Source: Octopus sinensis
Lineage: Eukaryota
NCBI RefSeq assembly: GCF_006345805.1
Contig: NW_021833862.1
Span: forward strand, 1-54,296
DNA length: 54,296 nt
Direction: 5' to 3'
A program made the position numbers and the translations under genes. The notes below the pieces were generated by a model. That model ran no database searches. It was not told the DNA's origin and saw only the letters and a program-made list of their open reading frames with translations. This document shows, piece after piece, positions 14,316 to 27,260 of the stretch. Every line of letters starts with the position of its first letter. Positions within the stretch are counted from its first letter, which is position 1.

Positions 14316-15515
14316 ACATGTAGAGAGACATGACATGTACGTAGAGATGCTGACCGTTTATTAGATATGGGAATGTATATATACGGATGTGCATATTATA
14401 CAGTATGGGCACAAGCATATATTATAGAGGTATATGTATACAGCTATACATGAAAGGTAGGTGTGTATATTGTGTGTGTGTGTGCGCGCGCGCGCGTCTG
14501 TGTTATCGACCGCTGAAACTATCATAGTGGATATGAAATAAAGGAAATTTCAACAACTTGCTTCTTGTTTTGCTCTCATACTATGAATATATACATGTAT
14601 ATGTACATATGTGTGTTGAATATATATATGTATGTATGTGTTTATGTGCATGTAAATGTGTTTTATATATGTGTATATATATATGTATGTATGTATATAT
14701 GCGCGTATGTTTGTGTACAATTGGTGTGTTTATTTTATTACGTTGGTGATTTGAAGTAATTCCAGATGTGAGTGTGTGAAATATAGAAATATGATTGATA
14801 GGAAAACAAATTAAGAAAATAACGATCCTGAAAGAAAGAAACCAAAGAAAACATTGATTGTATCCCTTGGCAACAGCGAGCAAAACTGGTGACCGCCGCC
14901 ATATTGTCAACCTGACCTAATGGCAGTCGACCTTAGAATGCTGTGTGTAGAAAACTTGTTATATAATCATACAGAGATAATTTTTTTAACCCATAAATGC
15001 ATACATAGTTACGGGGGGGGGGTGACGAAATAATTCCAGTAAATATAGTTTATCAGCATCAGAAAACTTGGAGTACTTTATTTTGATAGTGGCACCCTGA
15101 GGTCGTGAATTATCTTTCTCCAATGTGTGTGTGTGTGTGAGACAGAGAGAGAGAGAGAGAGTGAGGGAGTGGGTGTGTGATGGAGAAAGAATGAGAGTGT
15201 GTGTAAGTGAGGGAGAGAGAGAAAGAGAGAGCGTGTGTGTGTGTGCATGCGTGTCCACGCCCGTACAGACACATACACCCAAATGTACTCCCACGACCAA
15301 AGTTAGGAGTAAAAATAGAGAAAGGAATGTAGCCCAGTGCAGGCCACGGATCAGGTTGTATTGAAAAGGATAAATAAACCGAACCATTGCTTTATATAGA
15401 GACATGTTATGCTTAAATGACAGTTTATTGTTTATGCACTGGGGAAAAAAGCCGGGGTAGGCAATAGGGAAGAAACAGGGTGGCAGTAGCACAAGGTTCA
15501 TATATATCATGTAAG

Positions 15516-15546
<31 letters not shown>

Positions 15547-17179
15547 AAACACACAAACATACATATGTGTGCGTATATTTCTTTATTGTTTCACGTGTCA
15601 CTTTCTTTAAATTATTAATTATTATTATTATTGCACGCACACGCATAATAGATAGATGTAAGTAGATAGAAGTGTATTTACAAGTCCCATTATGTACGCA
15701 GCAACATTACGAATAAAGGAAGAGCGAACTCCGTACCATTTCTTGTGTAAATATTTTCTGTATAGAGTCATAGTTATATGTTGTATTAGTCTGTTACTGA
15801 AAGTATAACGCCCCTGTCCTCGGACATTCTCACAGAAGTCTCGTCGATGCAGCAAATACCAAATACTTCATATCGTGTGCTTCGATGCTTTGTTAAATCA
15901 AACCGGAAGTCTACCTGCTACACTCGAGTTTACATTCAAAATAGCTTTTTCATCCTGTTATGATGAATAAGGTAACGTTAATTTTCACGTCGACATTTAG
16001 AAATCAACTCTGACCACTTATTTAAGACATGTATTATTTGGTGAGGATATGTAAGCCATGTCTGTTTTGGTGAGAATAAAGTGTTTTTCGCCATTGCAGA
16101 GACTACAGTAATTTTCAGAGGGACGTACCATTTGGTGAAGAATTGGAGGTTTAGATATAATTAATTTCGTCGATATTCTGATTTTTAAAATATCACATGT
16201 CTGCTACAGTTTCTTTTGTCTACATGTCTAAAGGTATGTTTATGGCTGCCCTCAAACATTTCGGTGTATAAGGACATATTTGATAAGATTTGCCGTTGAC
16301 ACTTCTAAAAATAATGGGTAAGGCATGGTTAGAATGTCTTGATCTTACCGTCTCTTGATGAGAGTTGATCTATTACTGAAGAATAACGGCAACCATGGCC
16401 CTCTATTCAGGTTATGGGGTTAGAGAGGGGTAAACCGAACATGCAACTCGGCTTTACAGTACCACCGCCACAAACACCACGATTTTTCCATTCGCAACAT
16501 TTTAGTAGATTTCACTCTGCTGCTTTAGAGATTCCAGTTAGGCTTCTGGTCCTGTTTTTGGCCATTATATGTGGTCATTCACCACATCAATGTCACTGGT
16601 CGAGATGGTCAAGAGGTGAACCCTTTAAAGGTCACCTCCTCTGTCTCTGTTCCTCCTCTTATGTCCTCTCTCCATGATCAATGAGTCACACGTCCCCTAT
16701 TCACTGCTGTTATTTCAAATAATGGGCTCTACCATCCATTGTATCTATTCTGATCAAGATATATTGCACCGTTGAGAAATAGCGGACTTCGTCTTACGAT
16801 GTCGCTGCTGTGAAAGGGGGGAGCTGCGACTCTGAGGATTGAACAACGAGGCAGACAAACCGCCATGTTGAATATAACTGCAATGCATTTTAAACTTGTC
16901 TAATATCACAGCGAGCACAACACGATTGTACAATTGCAAACTATTTTGTTTTTTTATTAAAAAATAAGTGAGGAGGAAACAAAATATCCCTAATGGTCGT
17001 GTGTGTTGTGTGTGTATGTAAATGTGTGTCTCTGTGTGTATGATAGTCGGTGCGCGCGCGCGCGTATTTATCAATTTGAGAAACACTGGATTAAGGGATT
17101 TAAAATGATTAAAATACAACTCCATTTTATCTATATTCTTCAGGTTATATTAAAACACGTACATTGCTTCCGTGTGCGC

Positions 17180-17183
17180 GCGC

Positions 17184-17246
<63 letters not shown>

Positions 17247-17329
17247 TATATGCATATATTTACACGCACACATATCTATGCGTATACATGTGTGAGTGTA
17301 AGTGAATATGTATATATGTATATAAATAT

Positions 17330-17384
<55 letters not shown>

Positions 17385-17492
17385 ATGTATATAAATCATA
17401 TATACATATATATATATATTATATATATATATATATATGTATATAAATCACATATACATATATATATATATATATATATACGTATATAAATC

Positions 17493-17526
<34 letters not shown>

Positions 17527-17640
17527 GTATATAAATGATATATATGCTACATGCATATGTGTATATGTATAATATATATGGATATTTATAGCCATGCGCA
17601 TGCTTACATAAATGTATATAATACATATATGTATGCATGT
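17180..17640. repeat. (TA)n microsatellite with ~40-bp higher-order units containing TATAAATCA
   Basis: Direct reading. Confidence 0.85.
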
Positions 17641-18479
17641 CTGCCTTTCTTTCTCTATCTCTCTGTCTGTCTATCTATATATGTCATATTATATATGCAC
17701 TGATATAGATTTGTGCATGTGTCTCTATGTGTGTACACAGTGTATACATAAAATCAAATATTTACTCGTGTCACGATATGAGTTTATGAGTTTGTGTCTG
17801 AGTGTGTGTGTGTGTGTGTGTTGAAGAGCTGAGTTTTCTCTGTGTCCAACCCACTTAGCTTAATTGTATTTCGACATTGTTGTTAGTCGGTTTAAGGAAT
17901 TCCAGATTCTATTTCCTAATTAGACAGGACCCCCACCCACCATAACAACTCACATACCATACACCATACGCACTACACCATACTACAACCCACACTGCAC
18001 CTCTACAACACCCCGCTGCCTGCACTCATCGCACCCCACCCCCACCGTCTACAACTAATGTCATCTCCATTAATTTGAACACGCCAGTACCCCACCGCCA
18101 CGGCACACTTCACCAATAAACAACTACAACAGAACTGTGCCACCACCTAACTACATCACCCTCACCCAATCGTACAATGACATCATTACTATACGACTAC
18201 CACCCCATCACTATACCCATACACTCTTAATACTGCAACCATCACTTCAACACTTCACCGCGCCACCATACCAGTATAGACACCACTCGCAGACAGTGGA
18301 ACTTGTCCTCCAAAGCCTGGTCAATGTAGTGAATCCCTGTGAAGAGAGAGAGAGAGAGAGAGAGAGAGACTAAGAAGGTAGGGATAAATTCTAATGGCTT
18401 TCAGGTGAATTCAGTAGATTGGAAGTGACGAACGGACAATGTGAGCGACGTTCTGGCAGAGAAAATGGTTCTTCAACAA

Positions 18480-19200
18480 GAAACACGAAGATTGTACTGT
18501 TAGAGCCGAAGCCCGTAATCTAAGACGATGAAGGAAGGAAGCCTTTGAATAAATCTGGTTAGAAGAGACACGACATGGCAACAGAGCCACATTTAGGTCT
18601 TCAACGGACAACGGTGAACATGTGCTGTTCGTGACTGCGCTTTGTCCAGTGTTGGAAAATGAACATCTGAGAAACGGAGAGCGATGAAGGTTTTAACGAG
18701 TGGATAATCAGCCCATTTGAATAAACAACAGTTCAATGAATTTCCGTGAGAGATTGGCCCCTACGATTTTAATCTCGCCCTCCCTGAACTGATATCTATA
18801 ATACTGGCAGTAGGCAATTATGTATGCCGGAAAGTGGTGTGACTGTCAAGGAAGGATGCGAAGAACATTGACAATTTTCTACCTCTAGCTCTGCTGAACG
18901 CACACTTTTTAAGGTTTGTATCGAAAGTTTGCACGTAAAGGTTAGCGTTTGTCGCCAGTCTTATGGTCAGGAGCATGCATATCTGAAGGATTCTTGACAG
19001 ATCCATCGACCAAAGCCTCCACTTGATGCAATACACCGTAGAGAAGTTTAATAACAAACCTGGTGTTGGTGTCGTTGCCCACGTGGCTGTTCAGACTTGT
19101 TGATCAGATCCGGCTTGAGGCATTAGGGAACTCTCTTCAATGTTGCAGGTTTTACTCACCCTTTCAGAGAATGGCAAAACTGGTGCAGCTGCTTTCTTTA
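18480..19200 (+). mobile_element. Tx1/L1-clade LINE ORF2 fragment (RT N-terminal region), degenerate
   Basis: KNIDNFLPLALLNAHFLRFVSKV..RSIDQSLHLMQYTVEK matches the L1/Tx1 pattern NFRPITLLNADFKILAKV..GRSIHDNLHLMRYTIE; in-frame stops present. Confidence 0.7.
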
Positions 19201-19529
19201 CGTTAGGATAAAGGAAACTGGGAGAGGACACTTTTGAAGCTTCGGCTATGTTAGAGTCATTTGGGGGTTTTTGTGAAGAGTTTCCCTCGTAACACCCGTG
19301 GTAAATTTCAATCTTATTCGAGAATTTTTCGTAGTGACATTTTTATTATTTAGTTTTTGACATCTATTTTATTCGATAAAAAGCCCCCTTTTTGTGTGAT
19401 TATATTTCAGCATTGCCTTGTCCTGAATGTCTTTACGAAAATGTTTCTGATATCATCATCTTTATAATCATCATCAATTATTATTATCATCATTATTATT
19501 TATTTATTTATTTATTTACTTACTTACGC

Positions 19530-19640
19530 TATTTACAATTGACATATATTTGTCCTCATCTTGTTTGTTGTTAACACAACGTTTCAGCTGATATACCCTC
19601 CAGCCTTCATCAGGTGTCTTGGGGAAATTTCGAACCTGGG
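19530..19640 (-). mobile_element. Penelope-type LTR fragment carrying a hammerhead-like motif
   Basis: Contains the motif at 19573-19618; family identity is inferred from the motif architecture. Confidence 0.55.
19573..19618 (-). ncRNA. Minimal type I hammerhead-like motif (variant)
   Basis: GACAC CUGAUGA A GGCUG-loop-CAGCU GAAA CG UU GUGUU: stem I 5 bp, stem II 5 bp, palindromic ACGU helix III, GUU triplet. Confidence 0.55.
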
Positions 19641-19667
19641 TTTGAAATTTATTATTATTATTATTAT

Positions 19668-20183
19668 TGCCTTTGCACAGCTTGTAACGTTGGAGATGTA
19701 CTACGGTGTCAGCTGTTCACTATCAGTGAGCTAAAGTAACACTTCTTATTTTTTTAGCACCTTCCGGAGTATTCGAGCGGTTCCAAGCAGTGCTGTTTTC
19801 TGCAAGTGCTCCACCCTTATTGCAGCCCCTATTTGTTCCATGTACTTCTCAAGATTTTTACTCATTGTTCCCAGGGCTCCGACGATTATTGGTACTACTA
19901 CTACTACCTTTTTCATTGACCACAGCTGCTTAACCTCCCAAGCTAACCTATCATGTTTATCGACTTTTCTTTCTTCCTTATCGCATACCTTGTTGTCAGC
20001 TGGGCATGTTATGTCTATGATCCAGCATAGTTTGCTTTCTTTCTCAATTAAGACTATGTCTGGTTTCCTATTCTCTATCTCATGGTCGCACTGAATCATA
20101 AAATCCCACAGGATCTTTGCATTATCATTTTCGATGATGCCTTCGTGTTTGTGGTCGCACCAATTTTTTGCCCTGTCAAGTCC
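19668..20183 (-). mobile_element. RLE-type non-LTR retrotransposon (R4/Dong-like), 5'-truncated 3' end in a (TAA)n tract
   Basis: ILWDFMIQCDHEIENRKPDIVLIEKESKLCWIIDITCP..KVDKH..VPIIVGALG..LQKTALLGTARILRKVL is a restriction-like endonuclease domain; TTA/TTG repeats on both sides. Confidence 0.9.
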
Positions 20184-20227
20184 ATTATTATTATTGTTGT
20201 TGTTGTTGTTGTTATTATTATTATCAT

Positions 20228-20400
20228 TAGCGTGCTGGATTAGTTGCATCGTAAGAGTCGAACCAACTGCCAAACGGTATTTGTTTCGGCATTTTACTCT
20301 TTCATTCCAAATTCTGCCGGCATCAGCTTTGTTTTCCATCCTTCCACGGTTGCTAATGTAGCTGTAATCTACTCGGTCTGAGGGACTCGTTATCAATCAT
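20228..20400 (+). mobile_element. Degenerate tRNA-derived SINE
   Basis: Diverged match to the SINE head at 25833-25964 (..CAAATTC(T)GCCG..CTTTG..TTTCCATCCTT). Confidence 0.5.
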
Positions 20401-20779
20401 AGAGTTGTCCTTTTGTCGAAATGAGGAACAGTTATTGTTGTATTCTCTCCAGCATTATAACGACTTGTAGCACGATTATCACATCAACACACAGCAACCA
20501 GTAGCACTACCTCTCCCGCAACAACAACATCAACAATCACTGTCACCATTTTTACAACCAATGCAGACACCTGCAGCGCCAATCCACCTTCAGGTTTTGG
20601 TGGAATTATAAAGTGTGGGACATATGACCAGAACTGTTTGAAAGACCAACTCTTTAAGACAAGAGAAAGAGCGGAGATGGTGATGCTAAACAGGATGATA
20701 ACAAGCTGGTCATGAGGTATCCCAAGACCAGGAGGCGATGCTAAACTGGGAGATAAACTATGTCTATCCCCACCTCGGT

Positions 20780-20935
20780 ACATGTACACTCCCTCTGACA
20801 GGCTTCTACACAGTTTCCGTTTATCAAATTTCATTGACAAGGCTTTGTATGAGTCAAGGCTATGACGGAAACCATTAGCCCGAGGTGCCACACAATGGGA
20901 CTGAACCTGCAGCAATGTAACTGCGAAACCAACTC
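20780..20935 (-). mobile_element. Degenerate SINE 5' half
   Basis: CCCGAGGTGCCACACAATGGGACTGAACC and CAGTTTCCGTTTATCAAATT resemble the SINE at 10975-11102 and 35961-36064. Confidence 0.55.
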
Positions 20936-21393
20936 CTCAGTCTCATGGCCAACCCAACTGGATGAAAAATATTTCACCCAGATGAAAAACGAAAAGATCT
21001 TTGGTTCCTTTAGAGACTCACAGCTACTGAAACTTTCAGTGTTTCACTTTTGATGCATAACTGATTTGGTTGTTCGGGGCTCTAAGTAAAACTTGAAACA
21101 TAGAACTGTATAACCGCGAATCAGTTTGCTGTAATCGGGTCTCACTGCCGATGCCATTAACTTTTCACCAAGCGTCAGCCATATTTCTATTTATTTGGAG
21201 ATTATTTCTGTTCTAACACGATCCATATTTGACCACTGCGAAGAGCATTCGAACCCAAAACTTGAGTAGATCAAATATTGGATGGGCCACAAAACTCAAA
21301 AGATTTTGTTGTATTAATCCATCAATATCACCGGCTCTCACTCCCATCTTCTTGCCATACTCTCCCTCCCTCTCTCACTCTTTCTCTCCCCCT

Positions 21394-21459
<66 letters not shown>

Positions 21460-21810
21460 ATGTATATATATCGTAAAATTCTCTCTCGCTGTTTGGAGTC
21501 TTCATTCATGTTGTATATTGTAATATACTGCTGTAAGCCTGGCTAGACAAGATCACGTATAACTCATGTGACCCCATCAAAATGTGTCTGCCAAATCTCG
21601 CAAATGCGTGATCTCGGATGAGGTGAAATGCCAAGGTTCAGGCGCAGACCTTCATTCTTCCTACCAACTTTCTCAATCAACTTTTCTTTGAGCAAATCAC
21701 TCTTTCCGCGGAATTTACCAAATTCCTATTGCACTCTTTCGACCCAACATCAATTATTATTATTATTGTTTTATCAATTATTGTGTTGTTGTTTTTGCTG
21801 CTGCTGCTAT

Positions 21811-21849
<39 letters not shown>

Positions 21850-22639
21850 ACACACACACACACACACGTTGTTGATGATGTTATTGTCACTATTATTTTT
21901 AATCTTTCATCTTCTTGCCGTCTCTCCTCAACAAAATTAACTGTTACATTTCTTTGTATTTTTCCACCATACATTTTTTTAGATAGTTGGAATAACTTGA
22001 AATTCGCCATCATGCATCACCTTATTCAATACTCTTTAATCTTCTTCTTCTCCTTCCTGCCAACCTTCTACACATGACTCTTATTGAATTAATCTTTTAC
22101 GCAACCATTTTCTTGTCTGTTTTCTCCCAATTTCTCATTTTTTTGCTCTCCCTGTCTTTGCAACATTTTTTCCTCTTTTGTTTCGTCCGCCATCTTGCTT
22201 CTCCTTTATCTCCCTCATCTTTCTATCTCATTCCATCTACACTCCATCTTCCTTCTTGTTATTCAAACTCCCACTGCTTCTCAATAACAAATTCTCATTT
22301 TCTTACGATTCATAAAACAATTTGATTTTTTTTCTTATCACATCAACTTTTAGATTAACTTTACACGCACACAACACACACACACACACATTGTCACTGG
22401 ATATGTGTGCGTGCAAATATGTAAGACATACATATATTCATTTCTAACTCTCCCTTTCTGTGTCTGTTTACTCCCACACACACACACATCGTTCAATATA
22501 CAGGGTTTTGCATAATATAAAAGGTACATTTTTATGAAAAAAAAACAACTTTAGTTTCGCAGTGGAAACACTTTGCACAACAATGACTTAGTTTACTTTT
22601 CACAACAAGGCTAATAGTTATGTTTATTAGGAAAAAAGG

Positions 22640-22885
22640 TATGACACTCAATGGACCATAGACAAGTGTAGACTCTACTCCGGGTCGACCAGAGCCTTGT
22701 GAAGGGATTTGATTGACGGAAACTGAAAGACACCAGTCGTATATGTGTATCGGTGTGTATGTGTGTGTCTTTGATTTTGTCTGTCCACCCCACGCTTGAC
22801 AACATCTTGGTTTGTTTACATTCCTGTAAACTAGCAGTTCGGCTGTCAATCAGCACAGCTGAACTTTAATGATTGAAACAAGTAA
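22640..22885 (+). mobile_element. tRNA-derived SINE (core plus tail)
   Basis: CCGGGTCGACCAGAGCCTTGTGAAGGGATTTGATTGACGGAAACTGAAAG core and CGCTTGACAAC..TGTTTACATTCCTGTAA tail, homologous to 10835-11102. Confidence 0.7.
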
Positions 22886-22917
22886 TATATACATACACAC
22901 ACACACACACACACACT

Positions 22918-22963
<46 letters not shown>

Positions 22964-22989
22964 ATATATATATACTCTCCTGAATATAT

Positions 22990-24120
22990 GTTAACAAAGA
23001 TTCACGAAATAAAGTACAATACGATGAAGAATAAAGTAAACTCGAAACTGAAACTTTATGTTACGCCATGTCTCTCGCTTTGATTTCTTTGTGAGTGAGC
23101 GATGGAAGAAAGTTTCATGATTTCTTGTTAAATCATTATCGCTGGACAAAATGCCAAACTCAGAGTTCCGTGAGCAACGTTTCGAACTTTCAACAAAAAA
23201 AAAACAGATGACACTTCTGTGTCTGTTTGTAACTTGGAGTGGTGCAGGAATTGGGGTCACAGTTGAATTTGTGTTTAGATCTGCTGTCACACTGTCGAGG
23301 GTATCCTTTTTAAATGCTGAACTTGACAGTCTTTTGTTTATATTAAGATTTTAAAAATTAATGGCCAGAGTTGAGAAGTTCGTGTTAATATATGTTAGTC
23401 AGGTTTTCTGAAGATTTTTGTGTAAATTTGCCAATAAATTAAGGGGAACATCTGTTAACGACAATTTAAATGGTGACAAGATTTTTTGTTTTAGAGGAAA
23501 AGTATTTAACGTGTTGTGGTCTTTATTTAAGGTGTCTATAGGGGGCTAGACTGAAGTTTATTTTATAAAGTCCTCTTGTATTTGGGGTGAATTGAAAGAC
23601 TTCAAGATCCTTAACTAAAACATCCAAAAGACCCACTTATAATAGGTCGACTTCGCCACCCAGTATGAGAAAGATTTTATCTTTGATGCAGTTTGAGACA
23701 AGTTATGTGAGAGAACTGAAGGATCTCGGATCGGGGTTCGACTTGGGCCCTATAGAAGGGTTAGCAGAGGATCAGAGATCAACTGTTTTATAGTCTTGAG
23801 ACTGAAATTTATTACTATTGCATCACAAGAGATAAAGTTAAGTGTTTGGGGAACAAGGAACAATCAGATATTGTAAGATCTAACATTTTCGTTAGGGGCT
23901 TTATTTGTGTCGTTCATAAAAATCTGTATTGTGAAAATATATCCTACAATAATTATATACTTAAGCTTCTGAAGGTCCCTCGGTTGCCGTTTCCTTGTTA
24001 CTGGATATTTTAGTGGGTCAATTTTTGGATCCAATATGAGGTTTTGGGGGTTAGGAGGGGTAGTTATCTTGGGGAAGGGGGAGTGAATTGTGTTTCTATC
24101 TAGCGAGGAATACATGTTAT
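22990..24120 (-). mobile_element. Possible highly degenerate Penelope-like element remnant
   Basis: Only weak resemblance of translations to PLE RT/linker segments, plus a TGTTGA..TCGAAACGTT motif like the hammerhead at 29031-29068. Confidence 0.25.
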
Positions 24121-24469
24121 TTGAAGTGACAGAAAGGATTCAGTAGGAACTCTAAAGGTAAACTACACTTGATAAAATGTAGAACTACGTATGTATGTGT
24201 ATGCGTATATGTATGGAAGTGTGTGTGTGTGTATTTATTTTTTTAAAGTTTAACTTTTCGGCAGGAAGGAAGAATTCAAGCCAGTTGAACGAAAGTTCAG
24301 TTTTTGTTGACTTCGGCAACAAAAGTGGCTGACCATATTGAATCTAAATGTCCTAATCACAGATTTGAAATTAGTTTTTGAACTCCCCACCCACCGCTTT
24401 CCGAAATTAAATTTCTGCCTTTTATTTTATGAAAATTTAAAATGTAGGGCAACCCTTAATATTTTTGCT

Positions 24470-24680
24470 AACGTTTAGAAAATTTTTAACCGTTTTTCAC
24501 CTTCAGCCTAAGAATTAATAAGATTTTCGTTTTTCGATTGGCGTCTATCTGTAGTTCGGACACCTGATATTGCAAGAATGTCGGTTTCCAGCGTTTTACT
24601 TTAATAGGGATTAAACGCACATCTACGACACTTGAAGTTCTCACTCGAAATATCAAGTTACCGATTCCAGCAGCAGTCAG
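24470..24680 (-). mobile_element. RTE-clade LINE 5' fragment (APE endonuclease N-terminus), degenerate
   Basis: KTLETDILAISGVRTTD..NENLINS*AEGEKR resembles RTE APE 'RLxIDILGISEVRW..LMIYSGGEKH'. Confidence 0.45.
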
Positions 24681-25322
24681 CAAACCTTCTGTCTCGACAT
24701 TTGACTTGGCATCAATTTCCAATGACAGAAGTAGTTTCTGGAAATCTTTCATCTTTGTCCTTGAATCTTTGTCGATGGAAAATCACTAAAACTACTGACA
24801 GGAAACTTTTAAATACAAACATGTCCTCAGTTCAGATATACTTGAGGCATATTCGAAACCGGAACAAAGCTGTTCGTTGTGTTTCATGAAGAACATTTCT
24901 CGCTAGAGAGAGAAAGATGTTTATACCTTTCTATGGATGATTTTCTTTCGGGTTCGAATCTGCCTCAAGCCTATTCCAACTGGTTTTAACAAGTTTGTAT
25001 TGATACACATCACTGCTGAGCGCGGCCAACTCGTACTTCTTAAACACTTGGTGACATTTTGCAAATCAAGGATCGATAGTTTGGAAACATAATATGCAAA
25101 ATAGGCACATATTGATCTGTAGGGTTATCAATGAACCCACTTAAATCCCTGGTATAATACTTTGAAGGTGTTCCAGGCTTTTAGTTCTTTGTTTTAAACA
25201 GAGGAAACCAGTCGACAATGATCACTTGAAGTCTCTGAAAACTAACCAAGCCACCCTCCACCACCACCACCACCACCATCGCTTTCATTTACCTTGATCT
25301 TGTTATTATTATTATTATTATT

Positions 25323-25794
25323 GAGTGAGAGCAGTGCTTGCCATCAAAGTGACATTGGGGTAAAATATACGAAGCTCAGTATACCCATCATGAGTACCCG
25401 TTTGATAAGGGTACATCAGGCACATGCATCACAGCCATATCAAGATAAATAGTGCAAGATCTTGCCATTGGGGCACAGTTAAAATTTTGTTCAGGCTGAG
25501 TAACCCATCCCGCTCAAAAGATCTCTGAATAAGGGTTGTTTAAGGATGATGGACAAAACACCCATGTTTCCACAGGTGAATTATCCAAACCCCCAAAGAA
25601 AACCTCTCAGCACATGGTTATGATGCTTCACCCACAACTTCTGCTCCTGATCAGAGATGCACATATCATCAGCCACTAAGGAACATGCTCAACTGGTTAA
25701 GGTCAAGCAACTGACAAACAAACCTGTGGTATTGAACAGAATATTTGCTGTAACCCATCTTTTATACCAAGACAAAACAATGTACATGATAATA

Positions 25795-25797
<3 letters not shown>
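25323..25797. mobile_element. Interspersed repeat inserted in (ATT)n, probably a non-LTR 3' UTR
   Basis: Sharp boundaries with (ATT)n on both sides; recalled as a common Octopus repeat; no ORF. Confidence 0.45.
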
Positions 25798-25831
<34 letters not shown>

Positions 25832-25832
25832 G

Positions 25833-26525
25833 AAGGTAGTGAGTTGGCAAAATCGTTAGGAACGCCGGGCGAAATGTTATGGGATTTTTCGTCTGCCGCT
25901 GTGTTCTGAGTTCAAATTCCGCCGAGGTCGACTTTGCCTTTCATCCTTTCGGGGTCGATTAAATCTCGAAAGAGTCCAGCATCTCGAAAGAGTCCAGAGG
26001 CTGGCTACCCGCATGGTTCATGGTCTCAAAAATTTGTCCTACGAAGAAAGGCTGAGGACGCTCGACCTTTATTCTCTGGAAAAACGCCGCCGCCGTGGTG
26101 ATCTCATTCTCGCCCACAACATCATAAGCGGAAAGTGTAACCTCTCGAAAGAGCTGTTCTTCACTCCTGCTCCAGAGCGTCGGCTGCTGGGTCATTCCGA
26201 AAAGCTCTACCTGCGACGATTTCATCTCAATCGAAGGAGAGGAGCTTTCTCCGTCCGGGTTGCGGATCCGTGGAACAAGCTGCCAGACGAGATGGTGAAG
26301 ATGCCGACGACCGCTTTGTTCAAAGCCTCCCTGGACCTCAAGTGGCCCGAACTCTTTACATGAACACCACCCTGTACTTAACTCCATGTCCCCCTACATG
26401 GCCTTGCTATTTGCTTTTGAGCCAAATTAACTAACTAAATAAGTATCAGTTATGCAAGGGGTCGATGTAATCAACTTAACCCCGTCCCCCAAACTGTCCG
26501 TGTGGCAAAAAATTTGAAATCATCA
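25833..26525 (+). mobile_element. tRNA-derived SINE split by a CR1 insertion (SINE halves 25833-25964 and 26421-26525)
   Basis: Head ..TTCAAATTCCGCCGAGGTCGACTTTGCCTTTCATCCTTTCGGGGTCGATTAAAT resumes as AAGTATCAGTT..GGGTCGATGTAATC after the LINE. Confidence 0.8.
25965..26420 (+). mobile_element. CR1 LINE (family D), 5'-truncated 3' end with an open C-terminal frame and (AACT)n tail
   Basis: HLERVQRLATRMVHGLKNLSYEERLRTLDLYSLEKRRRRGDLI..FSVRVADPWNKLP, a classical CR1 C-terminus with no frameshift. Confidence 0.92.
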
Positions 26526-26549
26526 TTATTAATAATGTCGCTCGACGGA

Positions 26550-27185
26550 ATTATCTGAGATGTGCGCAGAGCGACGAAACCGAATTGGACACATTTGTGT
26601 AGTGTTTGAGCATTGTTGATTTGTGGAGGGATGCCAGAGAGGTGGTGTTGTGCGTAGGACGGATCCAGGATCAAGTTGGTCCACTAAATCCATCGTGAAG
26701 ATCGCCCCCCACTGCCCTTCTTTAAATAAGGCTGATAGCAAAAGAGGTTTTTTGGTGGATGAGGCTGAACGCACTGAACCACAACAGCTTCTTCTTCGGT
26801 TAAGCCGTCATTCATCGACTTATTCAAGAAAGAAAAGTGAGAGCGAGGGGGCAAATGCTCGCCTCCGGGGAATTTCTAAACAGATGGGTGGCTATCACGA
26901 AAATGGTCAGGAACAATAGAACTACTCAAAGAACGCACCCCTAGATTGCAGAGCTGCAGCTTGTGCCCTTGGAGGTCAGGTTTCTATGCGCTCCATGTTT
27001 GGCTCTGTTTTCAGGCACTCTTCTGTCAGGAGGGCGGCATTATCCAGGGGTTGTCATATTTTTAGATATTTTGTTTTCATCTCTTTTCTTCGTACCACCA
27101 GATTTTATGTCAAAACTTACACAAAATATAACCCCTCTTTTGTAAAGGACCCCTCATTAGATGCCCCTGTGGTCAATAAAAAATA
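26550..27185 (+). mobile_element. Tx1/L1-clade LINE 3' fragment (C-terminal zinc-finger region, 3' UTR, AATAAA)
   Basis: RCAQSDETELDTFV*CLSIVDLW..VGRI then SIVKIAP resembles the Tx1 zf-RVT region; ends in CTGTGGTCAATAAAAAA. Confidence 0.55.
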
Positions 27186-27194
27186 CCATTAGAT

Positions 27195-27215
27195 TAAAAA
27201 TCACCACCGCTATCA

Positions 27216-27260
<45 letters not shown>

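Noticed and set aside
14470-14500. (TG)n(CG)n Z-DNA-prone tracts (also 12530 and 17050)
   Set aside because: Real but ubiquitous in this genome type; nothing locus-specific.
8705-15912. YY1-like CGCCATTTTG (8710), CCGCCATATTG (14897) and ETS CCGGAAGT (15904) promoter motifs
   Set aside because: Short motifs expected by chance in 54 kb; no independent TSS evidence.
19746-20396. 216-aa ORF as a single gene
   Set aside because: Chimeric: the RLE LINE end (to 20183) reads through a TTA/TTG repeat (poly-N) into an antisense SINE.
20570-20780. Degenerate Gag zinc knuckle (WWNYK-SVGHMTR-NC)
   Set aside because: Needs two frameshifts and two Cys losses; the adjacent sequence is SINE rather than protease.
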